Source of the DNA: an uncultured Fibrobacterota bacterium | GTDB lineage: Bacteria; Fibrobacterota; Chitinivibrionia; Chitinivibrionales; FEN-1185 | Direction: 5' to 3' | Length of the DNA stretch: 64,000 nt | Assembly (NCBI GenBank): GCA_963753345.1 | Contig: CAVWBU010000021.1 | Span: 192,001 to 256,000 of the forward strand | Shown here: piece after piece, positions 20,768 through 30,450 of the stretch | How the letters are laid out: each line of letters begins with the position of its first letter | Numbering within the stretch: the stretch's first letter is position 1 | Translations under genes and position numbers: made by a program | The notes under the pieces: model-generated | What the model saw: only the letters and a program-made list of their open reading frames with translations | Told to the model about the DNA's origin: nothing | Database searches by the model: none

Positions 20768-21505
20768 TCAGGCGCTCAGGCCTCCGTCCACGGTTAGTAC
20801 GCTTCCGGTGACATACTGCGCCTTGTCGGAGACGAGAAAGGAGACACAATCGGCCACTTCACGGGGCGTTCCCATCCGCCCGACGGGAATGGATTTCCTG
20901 ATTTCCTCAAGCTGTTTTTCGGTCATTTTCGCGGTCATGTCGGTCTCGATGAAGCCGGGCGCGATGCACACCACCCTCACGCCGGTCTTTGCAACTTCCC
21001 TGGCAAGCGCCCTGGTGAATCCGATGATGCCGGCTTTCGAAGCGCAGTAATTGGTCTGGCCGGCAACTCCCGAAATACCGCCCACCGAGCCGATGTTCAC
21101 CACGCACCCTTTTTTGTTCTTCATGAAATGGCCGATGAGCGCGCGGGTCACGTTGAAATAGCCGGTGAGATTGGTGGCGATGACGTCGTCCCAATCCTCC
21201 TTCGGCATGATGAACAGGCTCTTGTCGCGTGTGATCCCCGCGTTGTTGACAAGCGCGTCGATCCCGCCGAGCTTCTCTTTTGCAAATGCGACCAGCTTGT
21301 CCACATGGTCCGGCCGGGAAACATCGGCCTCGAACGGCCACACCATGCACCCATCTTTGGAAAGGCGGTCGGCAAGCTTCACCGAAGCTTCCCTGCCGCT
21401 CCTGTAACTGAACACCACGCGGTTGCCTTCGGCAGCCAGCGTTTCGACTATTGCTCTGCCGATCCCCTTGGACCCGCCAGTAATGATGATATTTTTGCCT
21501 GACAT
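20768..21505 (-). CDS. fabG: 3-oxoacyl-ACP reductase
   Basis: TGGSKGIG, NNAGITRD, NYCASKAG, PGFIETDMT. Confidence 0.92.
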   Translation of the reverse strand: MSGKNIIITGGSKGIGRAIVETLAAEGNRVVFSYRSGREASVKLADRLSKDGCMVWPFEADVSRPDHVDKLVAFAKEKLGGIDALVNNAGITRDKSLFIMPKEDWDDVIATNLTGYFNVTRALIGHFMKNKKGCVVNIGSVGGISGVAGQTNYCASKAGIIGFTRALAREVAKTGVRVVCIAPGFIETDMTAKMTEKQLEEIRKSIPVGRMGTPREVADCVSFLVSDKAQYVTGSVLTVDGGLSA

Positions 21506-21629
21506 GATTACTCCTTAAGAGAAGATTCACCACAAAGACACAGAGAAGAAAAATTCACTCAGTTTACAAACCGGAGACAAAGATACAAAATCATAAAGAA
21601 GCAAGGTGAAAGTGCAACTTAATTTACAA

Positions 21630-21751
21630 CCGGTGCTCGTGGGTGCCGCCGCAACAATGCTTGGTCTCGCAGCTGCTTTGTCAAGGCGGCCACCCAGGAG
21701 GGGGTGCCGGAGAACGCCGAAGGCGCTCGCAGGCAGGGGGATACTTCCCCC
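21630..21751 (-). repeat. Repeat module A (solo)
   Basis: CGTGGGTGCC...CACCCAGGAGGGGGT...GGGGGATACTTCCCCC. Confidence 0.85.
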
Positions 21752-21779
21752 ACATACATACTCTTCTATCATCAACTAT

Positions 21780-23123
21780 TCAACTTTTCAACCCTTTTCT
21801 CACCGCATCCTTCACCTTCTGCGAATATTCCCGTGATTTTAAAATATTTTCCGCCTTCTGCCGGAACGAAGACAGCGATTCTTCCAGGTCGGCTCCGGCA
21901 AAAAACTCCTTCCACAGCCTTATAAACCCCTGCCGCAGTTTGTCCTCCGAAATAAGCTTCGGCCTGAACACGATGTTGGCGCAATTGTACTTTTTCCAGT
22001 CGCGCGGAAGGATGAACCGGCCTTCCGCCTCGATGCGCTTCCAGAACGGCGTTCCCGGAAAGGGCGTCGCGATGAAGAACTCGGCGGTTTTCACCTGCGC
22101 CTGCCTGCAGAAGTCAAGGATGGTGTCGAACTGGTCGTTCGCCCATGGTGTCGAACCCCACGCCGAACGACCCGAAGAACCGGATGCCGCGGTCTTCGAG
22201 GGCGGCGAGCGAGGTCGAGCGTACGCCGCCATACTGCCGGGTCGCGGCGATAGAACCGCACGCTCACCGGGTCGCTCGCGAACACCGTGTACATGCTCGC
22301 CGCGCCCGCCGAGGCCAGGGCGTCGAGGAACGCGGGATCGTTGTGCATCGCCGGCGAGCAGGACAGAAACATCCTCACGCCGAGCCCTTTGATGCGCTCG
22401 CATAAGTCAATCATGTACCTGGTGATGCGCGGCCGGTTGAGCATCACCATGTCGTCGGTGACGTAGAATTCCTTGCCCGCGAGGGCGGCGATTTCCGCGA
22501 CCACGGATTCAAGAGGCCGCAGGCGGATTTTCGTGTCCTGGTACAGCGGTATATTGCACCACTCGCACCCGAACGGGCAGCCGCGCGTGATCGACACGAG
22601 CGACGCGTGCCAGTCGTATTTGTCCTCAACGTCGAAAATGCCGGGCTTTGCGGATGCGATCTGCTCCGGCAGCGGTACGGTTTCCGCTTTGTATAGCTTT
22701 TTGAGAGAGCCGGCCGCAACATCGGCTAGGATCTCCGGCCATACCGTGTCGGCCTCGCCCACGCACACGGCTCGTGCAATGGAGCGCCGCCTCCTCGGGC
22801 ATAGTTGACGGATGCATGCCGCCGGCGATCACGGTTTTCCCGCGCCGCAGAAACTCGTCGCCGATCTCGTAGGCAAACCCCGCCTGCGGCGTGAAATAGC
22901 TTATGGCGACGACGTCGGCGTCGTCGCTAAAGTCAACCGGCTCGATGTTCTGGTCTATCACCCGGAAGGAGACGTCCGCCGGCAGGAGGTTGGCGAGAAT
23001 GGGAATGCCCAGCGCCGGCGGCATGCGGAACGCCCACGTGGCGGCAACCGCGGGCAGCTCCGCAAGCTCGGGATAGGTTTCGAGGAATTTTTCGAACCTG
23101 GGATAGACAAAGGTGACTTTCAT
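21780..23123 (-). pseudogene. Second B12-binding radical SAM, split by three apparent +1 insertions (about 22770, 22201, 22138); possibly intact in vivo
   Basis: MKVTFVYPRF..PPALG, GGMHPS; RGCPFGCEWC; restored FFGSFGVGFD; TPFPGT; paralogous to 14177-15457. Confidence 0.8.
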
Positions 23124-23285
23124 GAAGGAAAAATAGTTTACAACGGCGCGCATGGGGTGGCCGGCGTGGGGCCCGTTGACCTGGCAATTTGACCAAGCCG
23201 GCATCGTACGCCGCGGAATTCCCTTTTTTCAAGGGTGTTTCAATATGTATATTGCATCCATCCACCTGCCTGCAACGGCATTGAT

Positions 23286-23415
23286 AAAGGGCAAACGACA
23301 TAAGGGAAGGTGCGCAGCACCATTACCAAACCCTTAGGGAACGCAGTGACAAAGGGCAAACGACATAATGGAAGGTGCGCAGCACCATTACCAAACCCTT
23401 AAGGAACGCAGTGAC
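23286..23415. repeat. Tandem duplication of a 65-bp unit (module D); third copy 29071-29135, diverged copies about 9471 and 3908
   Basis: AAAGGGCAAACGACATAA.GGAAGGTGCGCAGCACCATTACCAAACCCTTA.GGAACGCAGTGAC x2. Confidence 0.9.
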
Positions 23416-23428
23416 AAAAGGGGCCAAC

Positions 23429-24115
23429 GTGAAGGAATATCCTAAAAACCTGCCGGTATCCGTTGCGTTTCTTGTTGCGCTGTTCTTCAATGCAGGGATT
23501 TTCGCGGCGCCTGCCGCGATTCCCCGGACCGCCGTTTCCGATACCGTCAAACCGGACGCCGTGTACGTCCCCAATTCGTCCGCCGAAAAAACCGCGGAGC
23601 CGGTGGTTATTCCAAACTCCAGGGCAGGAGGCATCGACTCGGCCTCAATGGAGCATCCCTCCGAGACCATCATCGAAGAGGGACAGAGCCCGCGTCAAGA
23701 CCTTTCAGCGAAGCATGCGGCTCCGGTTTCCGGCAACCAACGGGTGCGTCACAAGGGAAGAATTATCACCGGCGCCGCGTTGTTCGGCGTTTCCTACGGC
23801 CTGGCGCTCGCCGTCTCAACCACGGTGATCTCGGAAGGCTCCACATCGTCAGGCAGCAACGCGGCAGGATACCTGTGCATCCCCGTGCTCGGCCCGATAA
23901 TCCTGTATTTTTCCGAGCCTTCCTCCGGCGCCGACGCCACGCCCGTGGCGCTTCTCTGCGCAGGCTGGTCAGTGGCGCAGGGCATCGGTCTCTGGCTGCT
24001 TATTTCCGGGATTGTGGGAACTCCTGCGACGTCGCAAATGTCGGCGCTGCCTTTCACCGTCGAGCCGCTTGTCATGAAGGACAGGGCAGGGCTCACGTTC
24101 AGAATGCGGCTGTAA
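23429..24115 (+). CDS. Hypothetical exported/membrane protein
   Basis: GTG start, signal-like leader, C-terminal hydrophobic segments. Confidence 0.6.
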   Translation: MKEYPKNLPVSVAFLVALFFNAGIFAAPAAIPRTAVSDTVKPDAVYVPNSSAEKTAEPVVIPNSRAGGIDSASMEHPSETIIEEGQSPRQDLSAKHAAPVSGNQRVRHKGRIITGAALFGVSYGLALAVSTTVISEGSTSSGSNAAGYLCIPVLGPIILYFSEPSSGADATPVALLCAGWSVAQGIGLWLLISGIVGTPATSQMSALPFTVEPLVMKDRAGLTFRMRL

Positions 24116-24452
24116 GCAGGGGATGCACGAGGCTGGTCTGACATTGCAGAATGGTGCGGGCAATCATGAAGAAATTCTCAAGTCGGACCCAATACCGTAT
24201 GCGATCCGCACAAAAGCGCCCATCTCTTAAAACCTTGTTACTTTCATTTTCCATCATTCTGCTCGTGCTTGCCATCACGTTCGCAAGAATGTTCCGGACA
24301 TTCCACTCATTCTCTCCGAAATCATCTGCAAGCCATCCTCGCTTCAGATAGTGTTGCAGTACCGGTATTGAGGTTTTGGTTCTTGTCCAATGTTATATTT
24401 TTGTGATCATTTAACCATCAACTCATTCGTTCTTCAGAAGAGAGAGAACAGC

Positions 24453-24971
24453 ATGCCCTCTGAAACACTTCCTTTGACCAAGCGGCCCCTCGATATTGCC
24501 ATTGTCGGGTTTTTCCTTTTCAATGCCGTGTTCATCACCTACTTCTTCGACCTCGAACAGATTGTGATACCCGACACGTCGCATTTTATCTACCCGCTGT
24601 GGCCTCCGCGTTTTCTCGTCGACACGGCGCACTGGTGGGGAAGGCATTTTGATCCGCTCCTCTATGCGCGACCGGTGTGGTGGCGAGCGACGATATGGAT
24701 CGATGTGCTCCTTTTCGGCCCGTTCTACTTTGTCGCAATTTATGCATTTGTAAAAGGCAGGAACTGGATACGCGTTCCCAGCCTTCTGTACTCGGCGGTG
24801 ATGCTCACCAACGTCACCATCATTCTGAGCGAAGAGATAGGGGGGCCGCACGCAACGCCCGCGCTGATGGCCGTGATCGGCGCAAATGCCTCGTGGATCA
24901 TTTTTCCCGTTCTTATCATCCAGCGCATGTGGCGCAGCGAGCATCCGTTTTCGCACGAAGCGTCGCGCTGA
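24453..24971 (+). CDS. EXPERA (emopamil-binding protein / TM6SF2-like) membrane protein
   Basis: Four TM segments; DLEQ..WW..FDPLL..RP.W...WID..FGPFY; ANASWIIFP. Confidence 0.75.
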   Translation: MPSETLPLTKRPLDIAIVGFFLFNAVFITYFFDLEQIVIPDTSHFIYPLWPPRFLVDTAHWWGRHFDPLLYARPVWWRATIWIDVLLFGPFYFVAIYAFVKGRNWIRVPSLLYSAVMLTNVTIILSEEIGGPHATPALMAVIGANASWIIFPVLIIQRMWRSEHPFSHEASR

Positions 24972-25004
24972 CTTCATCCAACAACGGCGGCGGGAACAAG
25001 AACC

Positions 25005-25829
25005 ATGCGCAACAGCAAATTTACAGAGAAATACGGGCCCTGGGCCATCGTTGCCGGCGCCTCGGAAGGTTTGGGCGCGGCTTTTGCCGAAGAATCCGCC
25101 AGGCGGGGCCTCAATGTGGTCCTGGTCGCGCGCTCGAGAGACAAATTAATCTCTCTGCAGCATGCGCTTGCGGACCGATATAAAATAGAGTGCCGTATTC
25201 TTGTGCAGAATTTGGCGGATCAAGACGCAGCAGCGGTTCTGGACCGGCAGACCTCGGATATCGATATCGGGCTTATGATATACAATGCGGCGTTGTCGCT
25301 CATCGGGCCGTATCTGTCCTTCCCGGAGGATTTGCACCGTGCTACCGTGGCGACCAATTGCCAGGCGCCTGCGCTGTGCGCCTACCTTTTTGGAAAGCGG
25401 TTCAAAACGCGCGGGCGCGGCGGCATGATTTTGATGTCGTCTCTGGCCGGATTTCAGGGCAGCCCTTTTATCGCACATTACGCGGCCACCAAGGCATACA
25501 CCATGGTGCTCGCCCAGGGCATAAGCAGGGAATACGCGGCCGACAACATCGATGTGCTTGCCTGCTGCGCCGGCCCGACCGGCACTCCCGGATATTACCG
25601 GGCGGGGAACGTTCCTGGGAAATCGCCTTTGGTGATGCGTCCGCAAACCGTTGCGCGCATGGCGCTTGACAGAATCCACAGGCGCGGCATTTTTGTTCCG
25701 GGATTTTTCAACGCGCTTGGCGCTTTCGCGCTCCAGAGGCTGCTTCCGCGCGGCGTTGCAGTCGGCATTATTGCGCGATCGACGCAAAAAATGTCCTTTG
25801 TTCCATCGGACAGCCGGGGACCGCAATGA
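25005..25829 (+). CDS. SDR oxidoreductase (17-beta-HSD/KAR-like)
   Basis: KYGPWAIVAGASEGLG, YNAA, YAATKA. Confidence 0.88.
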   Translation: MRNSKFTEKYGPWAIVAGASEGLGAAFAEESARRGLNVVLVARSRDKLISLQHALADRYKIECRILVQNLADQDAAAVLDRQTSDIDIGLMIYNAALSLIGPYLSFPEDLHRATVATNCQAPALCAYLFGKRFKTRGRGGMILMSSLAGFQGSPFIAHYAATKAYTMVLAQGISREYAADNIDVLACCAGPTGTPGYYRAGNVPGKSPLVMRPQTVARMALDRIHRRGIFVPGFFNALGAFALQRLLPRGVAVGIIARSTQKMSFVPSDSRGPQ

Positions 25830-26737
25830 CCGCGCGACCCCTCCGCCATGGCGCCTTGTCCAAACGCACATCCGTTGTTCTCTGCTGCGTCGTCTACCTC
25901 ATCGCGGCTGTAAGCGCCTGCGGCACTGGGTTGCTCTTCACCGGCCGACACCCGCTGGCCGTCGCCGCCCTGGCCGACATCACTGCAACGGCGGCGGTAT
26001 TTCTCTTCAGCGTCATTCTTGACAATTCGAGCATCTATGATCCCTATTGGAGCGTGGCGCCGGCAGGCATTGCTGCTTATTTCCTCTGCCAATCGCCCGG
26101 GTTTCCCTCCGTGCGTCAGGTTCTTCTGATGCTCCTCGTGGCATGGTGGGCCGCTCGGCTTACCGGGAACTGGCTGCTGCGCTGGCGCGGAATGGGGGAC
26201 GAGGACTGGCGATATGCGGACTTCCGTTTCTCCCGTGCATACTGGCTGGTGAGCTTTGCGGGTTTTCACGTGTTTCCGACCATCGCCGTTTTCGCAGGGT
26301 GTCTTCCGCTTGTTCCCGCGTTGCTTTCCCCGTCGCGTTCCCCTGGCGCTTGGGACGCAATCGCGCTGGTCGTCACCGTCCTGGGCATAATCATCGAGAT
26401 GAAGGCCGACAGTGATCTGCGGATCTTCAGGCGCCGGCACCCGACCACGCGCGAGCTCTTGACATCAGGGATATGGTCCTGGTGCCGGCACCCAAACTAT
26501 CTCGGGGAAGTGACCTTCTGGTGGGGGATCGCCCTGTTCGGTATTTCGGCGAATCCTTCATGGTGGTGGACGGCGGCCGGCGCGGGCTTGATAACCGCGC
26601 TTTTCCTGTTCATTAGCGCTCCCATGATGGACAAGCATATGTCAAGCAGGTATCCCGGCTACCGTGAGCGGATGAAACAGGTGCCGGGAATCCTGCCGCT
26701 GGGGTTGTTTCGCCGCACCGGCATCCAACCACTTTGA
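25826..26737 (+). CDS. DUF1295 (steroid 5-alpha-reductase-like) membrane protein
   Basis: NSSIYDPYWS, EDWRY, ADSDL, WSWCRHPNYLGE. Confidence 0.88.
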   Translation: MTARPLRHGALSKRTSVVLCCVVYLIAAVSACGTGLLFTGRHPLAVAALADITATAAVFLFSVILDNSSIYDPYWSVAPAGIAAYFLCQSPGFPSVRQVLLMLLVAWWAARLTGNWLLRWRGMGDEDWRYADFRFSRAYWLVSFAGFHVFPTIAVFAGCLPLVPALLSPSRSPGAWDAIALVVTVLGIIIEMKADSDLRIFRRRHPTTRELLTSGIWSWCRHPNYLGEVTFWWGIALFGISANPSWWWTAAGAGLITALFLFISAPMMDKHMSSRYPGYRERMKQVPGILPLGLFRRTGIQPL

Positions 26738-26873
26738 ACCTTGGCAGAGGTTCCGGCGACTGTACTGTTCGGGAATGTGCCGGGAATGACCGCCTTCCAG
26801 AGCGGCATGATCGGGGAATCGTGAAATCTCCAGTTTCTGAAAAATGCCACCGTTAAATAAGCCTGATTAGACA

Positions 26874-26902
26874 TTGACAACCGGTGTTGGTGGCTATATA
26901 CT
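26874..26902 (+). promoter_or_regulatory. Consensus-like sigma70 promoter
   Basis: TTGACA-17 bp-TATACT. Confidence 0.6.
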
Positions 26903-27260
26903 ATTATGTGTTGGGAGCAGGAAAGCCAACATCCGGCCGAGTATCTGGAAAAAGAAAAGCCTGGGCAACCATTCGGGAGTAGATGCCAATCTCGGCAACC
27001 GATTGATAATACGTCGGTAACAAAGATAATCCGTCGGCATTTCGCTTTCGGGCAGGAAGAGGTTTTCTGTCAGAAAACGCTTTTTTCCTGCAGAGCTTGT
27101 TTTTTCTCGGAAAAAATCATATCTTTAGATTGTAGAACAGAAGGCAAGCGCAGAGGGCGAACGGGAAGTGAGGCTTCTGAAAGAAGCTGAGCCAATTCGA
27201 GGGCTGGAACTAGACGACCATTCACCATCATTTCAATAAATTTTACCCGAGGGAGGCGTT

Positions 27261-28382
27261 ATGCACAGGTGCAAAGCGGCGGTTATGTCTGTCGGCACGG
27301 CGTTGTTCACCTTATTGATGTTCTGTCAGGGGCCGGTTCAGAGTTCCCTTGATTCCGGCGCCGGCCAGGGAGTGGCAATGATGAAAATGCTTGCCGCTTC
27401 AAATTCTTCATTTCATTTGATCGCCCGTTCGGCCACCGTGACGATAAGCGCGCCGGACATGACGCAAATGTCAAAGGCTCTCACGGTTACCGATACGTCG
27501 GTCGAGGGTCTTGTGACGGGCATACCGGCCGGTCCCAACCGGTTGTTCACCGTCAGCGTCTTCGACTCCGCGCAGGTGGTCTGCTACCGTGGGTCTGCGA
27601 CCGCCGCCATAGTTCCGGATGACACGGTTATGGTCACTCTGAACCTCTACCGCGTCGGCGGCGCCGCGGAGATCAACGGCACCATTTCCGATCAGCCCGA
27701 AACCGACAGTGACAATTCATCTCTTCTTCAGGGGTTGATGGCATATTACCCCTTTAATGGAAATGCCGCCGACGAAAGCGGCCACGGTTTTAATATGACC
27801 GCAAACGGCGCCCAGTTGACAACCGACAGGTTCGGCAATCCGAACAAAGCCTACTACTTTAACGGAAATGCGACAATGGAAACGCCGGTCACGCCCGTTC
27901 TGTCGCTTTCCAAGTTCACGCTGTGCGTCTGGATGAAAAGCTCGGTTCCCGGCTCCTATCTCCCTCGCCTCGTGGCGGTGGGGATTCCCGGGCAGGCGCA
28001 GAATTATTACGGGCTGCTCTACAGCAACGGGGTGTATGCCCATGCGCCGGCGCTTTCCCGGCAGATCATATTCATGAACGGGGATCCTCAGGACTACTTC
28101 AGCTACGAACTGCAGTATTCGAACGGCGCCATCGACACGCTTACGTGGCACCACGCCGCGGTCTCGTACGATGCCGGGCGGCTCAGGTTCTATATCGACG
28201 GGGCGCTTGACAAAGACACGGTGATCAGCACGGTCATTTACCAGTTCTCGACCACTGCCGACCTGACCATCGGGTGTTCCGACGGCCCGGACCGGTTCGT
28301 GGGCAAGCTTGACGACGTGCGCATTTATAACCGCGCGCTCAGCGACCAGGAAATACGGAGCATATATTCGTCGGTGAACTAG
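27261..28382 (+). CDS. Exported LamG-like (concanavalin A) domain protein
   Basis: AYYPFNGNAADESG, TTDRFG, WHHAAV.YD, GKLDDVRIYNRALS. Confidence 0.85.
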   Translation: MHRCKAAVMSVGTALFTLLMFCQGPVQSSLDSGAGQGVAMMKMLAASNSSFHLIARSATVTISAPDMTQMSKALTVTDTSVEGLVTGIPAGPNRLFTVSVFDSAQVVCYRGSATAAIVPDDTVMVTLNLYRVGGAAEINGTISDQPETDSDNSSLLQGLMAYYPFNGNAADESGHGFNMTANGAQLTTDRFGNPNKAYYFNGNATMETPVTPVLSLSKFTLCVWMKSSVPGSYLPRLVAVGIPGQAQNYYGLLYSNGVYAHAPALSRQIIFMNGDPQDYFSYELQYSNGAIDTLTWHHAAVSYDAGRLRFYIDGALDKDTVISTVIYQFSTTADLTIGCSDGPDRFVGKLDDVRIYNRALSDQEIRSIYSSVN

Positions 28383-28395
28383 CGGGCATCCGGTA

Positions 28396-28430
28396 CAATG
28401 CCGTTCGCCCCGTTGGGGCGAACGGCATTG
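28396..28430. terminator. Strong hairpin between convergent genes
   Basis: CAATGCCGTTCGCCCC-GTT-GGGGCGAACGGCATTG perfect stem. Confidence 0.65.
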
Positions 28431-28446
28431 TCATTGGTATCCCGTC

Positions 28447-29031
28447 CTACTTCCGACCCAACGTAATCAGCACGAACCTCGGCCACATTTTTTTCTGAAG
28501 CAGTGTCGAAAGCCCTGTTTCCTCAAACATCCTCCGTATCTGCTTCCCGCTTTTTGCATTCTCTCCCAGCAGATTGGCGAAAATCGCCGTGTGATCGGCA
28601 AGGCAGAACCTGCCTCCGGGTACAAGCACCCGCACGATTTCACCCAGTGCTTTTTGCTGGTCGGCCCAGTGATGGAAGGACATGCTGCTTACGGCAAGGT
28701 CCACGGACCTGTCCTCAACAGGAAGCGATTCGGCCATGCCGACCATAAAATCCGGCCGCTCGTCGAGCCGCCTTGCCTCGGCGATCATCCGCGGCGCAGG
28801 ATCGACGCCCGTCAACACCGCCTTGGGCCACCGCAGCGCGGCGGCGCGCAGGAACCTGCCGGTGCCGCAGCCCACGTCGAGAACGCGCCGCGGCGGACCC
28901 GAAGTGCTGTCGCAAACATCAAGCATTCTCGCCTGAATGGGCCCGAAGAACAGACGCTGCATAAAGGACCGGTCGTAGGTGGCGGCCCAGTTGTTGAAAC
29001 GGTTGATGTCGTGCTCGGATTGCATGGTCAT
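28447..29031 (-). CDS. Class I SAM-dependent methyltransferase
   Basis: VLDVGCGTG, SFHHW..RVLVPGG. Confidence 0.88.
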   Translation of the reverse strand: MTMQSEHDINRFNNWAATYDRSFMQRLFFGPIQARMLDVCDSTSGPPRRVLDVGCGTGRFLRAAALRWPKAVLTGVDPAPRMIAEARRLDERPDFMVGMAESLPVEDRSVDLAVSSMSFHHWADQQKALGEIVRVLVPGGRFCLADHTAIFANLLGENAKSGKQIRRMFEETGLSTLLQKKMWPRFVLITLGRK

Positions 29032-29070
29032 GAAGATAAAGATCAAGAAAGGACAAAGTAACAAAGTGGC

Positions 29071-29286
29071 AAAGGGCAAACGACATAATGAAGGGTGCGC
29101 AGCACCATTACCAAACCCTTAAGGAACGTAGTGACAACGACACAAAGTAAACAAAGCGCCCGTACAATTACTGCTCGTGGGTGCCCCCCAATCGAAGTTT
29201 GGTTCTCGCAAATCAACTTCCTTGGGGGCCACCCAAGAGGGGGTGACGGAGGACCGCAGGGCCGGAGGCAGGGGGATACTTCCCCC
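29071..29286. repeat. Module D followed by module A(-)
   Basis: Matches 23286 unit and module A consensus. Confidence 0.85.
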
Positions 29287-29322
29287 ACCAAACAACCAGT
29301 TATCCTCTTGTAAACCTTTCCC

Positions 29323-30450
29323 TCAGCTCACTTTTCTCTGAAACGTCAGCAGCGACGCGCCGAACACCACGGCGCCGATGGCGAGCATGGCGAGGCCCTG
29401 CGGCCACAGCTCCGCAAATCCGCTGCCCTTGAGGAACATTTCGCGCAGGATAAACATGAAGTACCGAAGGGGGTTAATCACGGTCACCTTCTGCACCCAC
29501 ACCGGCAGGTTTTCGAGCGGAAGGAAAAACCCCGACAGAAACAGAAAGAAGATGAGGATGAACCACAGCAGGAACAGCACCTGCTGTGCGTTGCGCACCA
29601 CTGTCGAAACAAGGATTCCCACGCCGAGCGAACTCGTCATGTAGATGAGGCCGAACAGGAGCACGATGAAGAAGTTGCCGTGGAACGGAACGCGGAACCA
29701 CAGCATGGCCGAGGCGAGGACCGCGGTCAGCTCGAACAGGCCGATGATAATGTAGGGAACAATTTTGCCGAGCACCACGTGCACGGGCGACAGCGGCGTC
29801 ACCATGAGCTGTTCGAGCGTGCCGTTCTCCTTTTCCTTGACTATAGAGAACGCCGTGAGGATCGCGGTGATCATGGTGACGAGAATCACGGCAAACGCCG
29901 GCACCATGTACCACGTGGACTTGAGCATGGGGTTGTACAGAATAACGGGCCGCACCTCCACGGGCAACACATTTCTGATGGTCAGGCCGCGCGCCGCAAG
30001 CTTCGCCTTGAGAAAAGAGAGACTCCATCCCATGACGATCGAGTTGACGTAGCCGCTCGCAATGTTCGAGGAATTAGCGTCCTGGCCGTCGATAAAGAGT
30101 GAAAGATCGGCGCCCGACGTTGCGGAGAGGTTCTTGGCGAAATCCGCGGGGATGATGAGCGCCAGCTTCGCGTCGCCCGCGTCGAGGCGGGAGCGGCAGT
30201 CGGCCTCGCTTGCAGCGTAGCCGGCGAAGCGGAAGAGCTTGTTGTGGAGCACCGACTGGACAAGCGACACGCTCTGGGGTGTATTGCTTCTGTCAAGTAC
30301 TGTTATCGTGGTGTTCTTCACCTCGGTGGTGAGGGCGTAGCCGAGCACGAACATCTGCAGGAACACGGGCAAAATGATGAGCCGGATGGTGAGCGGGTCC
30401 GAGCGGATCTGCGTGAATTCCTTCCAGATGATGAGGCGTAAAAACTTCAT
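29323..30450 (-). CDS. ABC-2 type permease (YbhR-like)
   Basis: KEKENGTLEQLMVTPL, LSGFFLP, NPLRYF. Confidence 0.9.
   Translation of the reverse strand: MKFLRLIIWKEFTQIRSDPLTIRLIILPVFLQMFVLGYALTTEVKNTTITVLDRSNTPQSVSLVQSVLHNKLFRFAGYAASEADCRSRLDAGDAKLALIIPADFAKNLSATSGADLSLFIDGQDANSSNIASGYVNSIVMGWSLSFLKAKLAARGLTIRNVLPVEVRPVILYNPMLKSTWYMVPAFAVILVTMITAILTAFSIVKEKENGTLEQLMVTPLSPVHVVLGKIVPYIIIGLFELTAVLASAMLWFRVPFHGNFFIVLLFGLIYMTSSLGVGILVSTVVRNAQQVLFLLWFILIFFLFLSGFFLPLENLPVWVQKVTVINPLRYFMFILREMFLKGSGFAELWPQGLAMLAIGAVVFGASLLTFQRKVS

Noticed and set aside
14177-23123. Aryl polyene or carotenoid cluster
   Set aside because: No aromatic starter ligase, dehydratase pair or phytoene synthase; radical SAM pair is atypical of both
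23286-23415. CRISPR array
   Set aside because: Units are adjacent with no unique spacers, 65 bp long, and no cas genes are present
27140-27225. c-di-GMP riboswitch
   Set aside because: Only superficial resemblance; conserved core motifs could not be placed by eye
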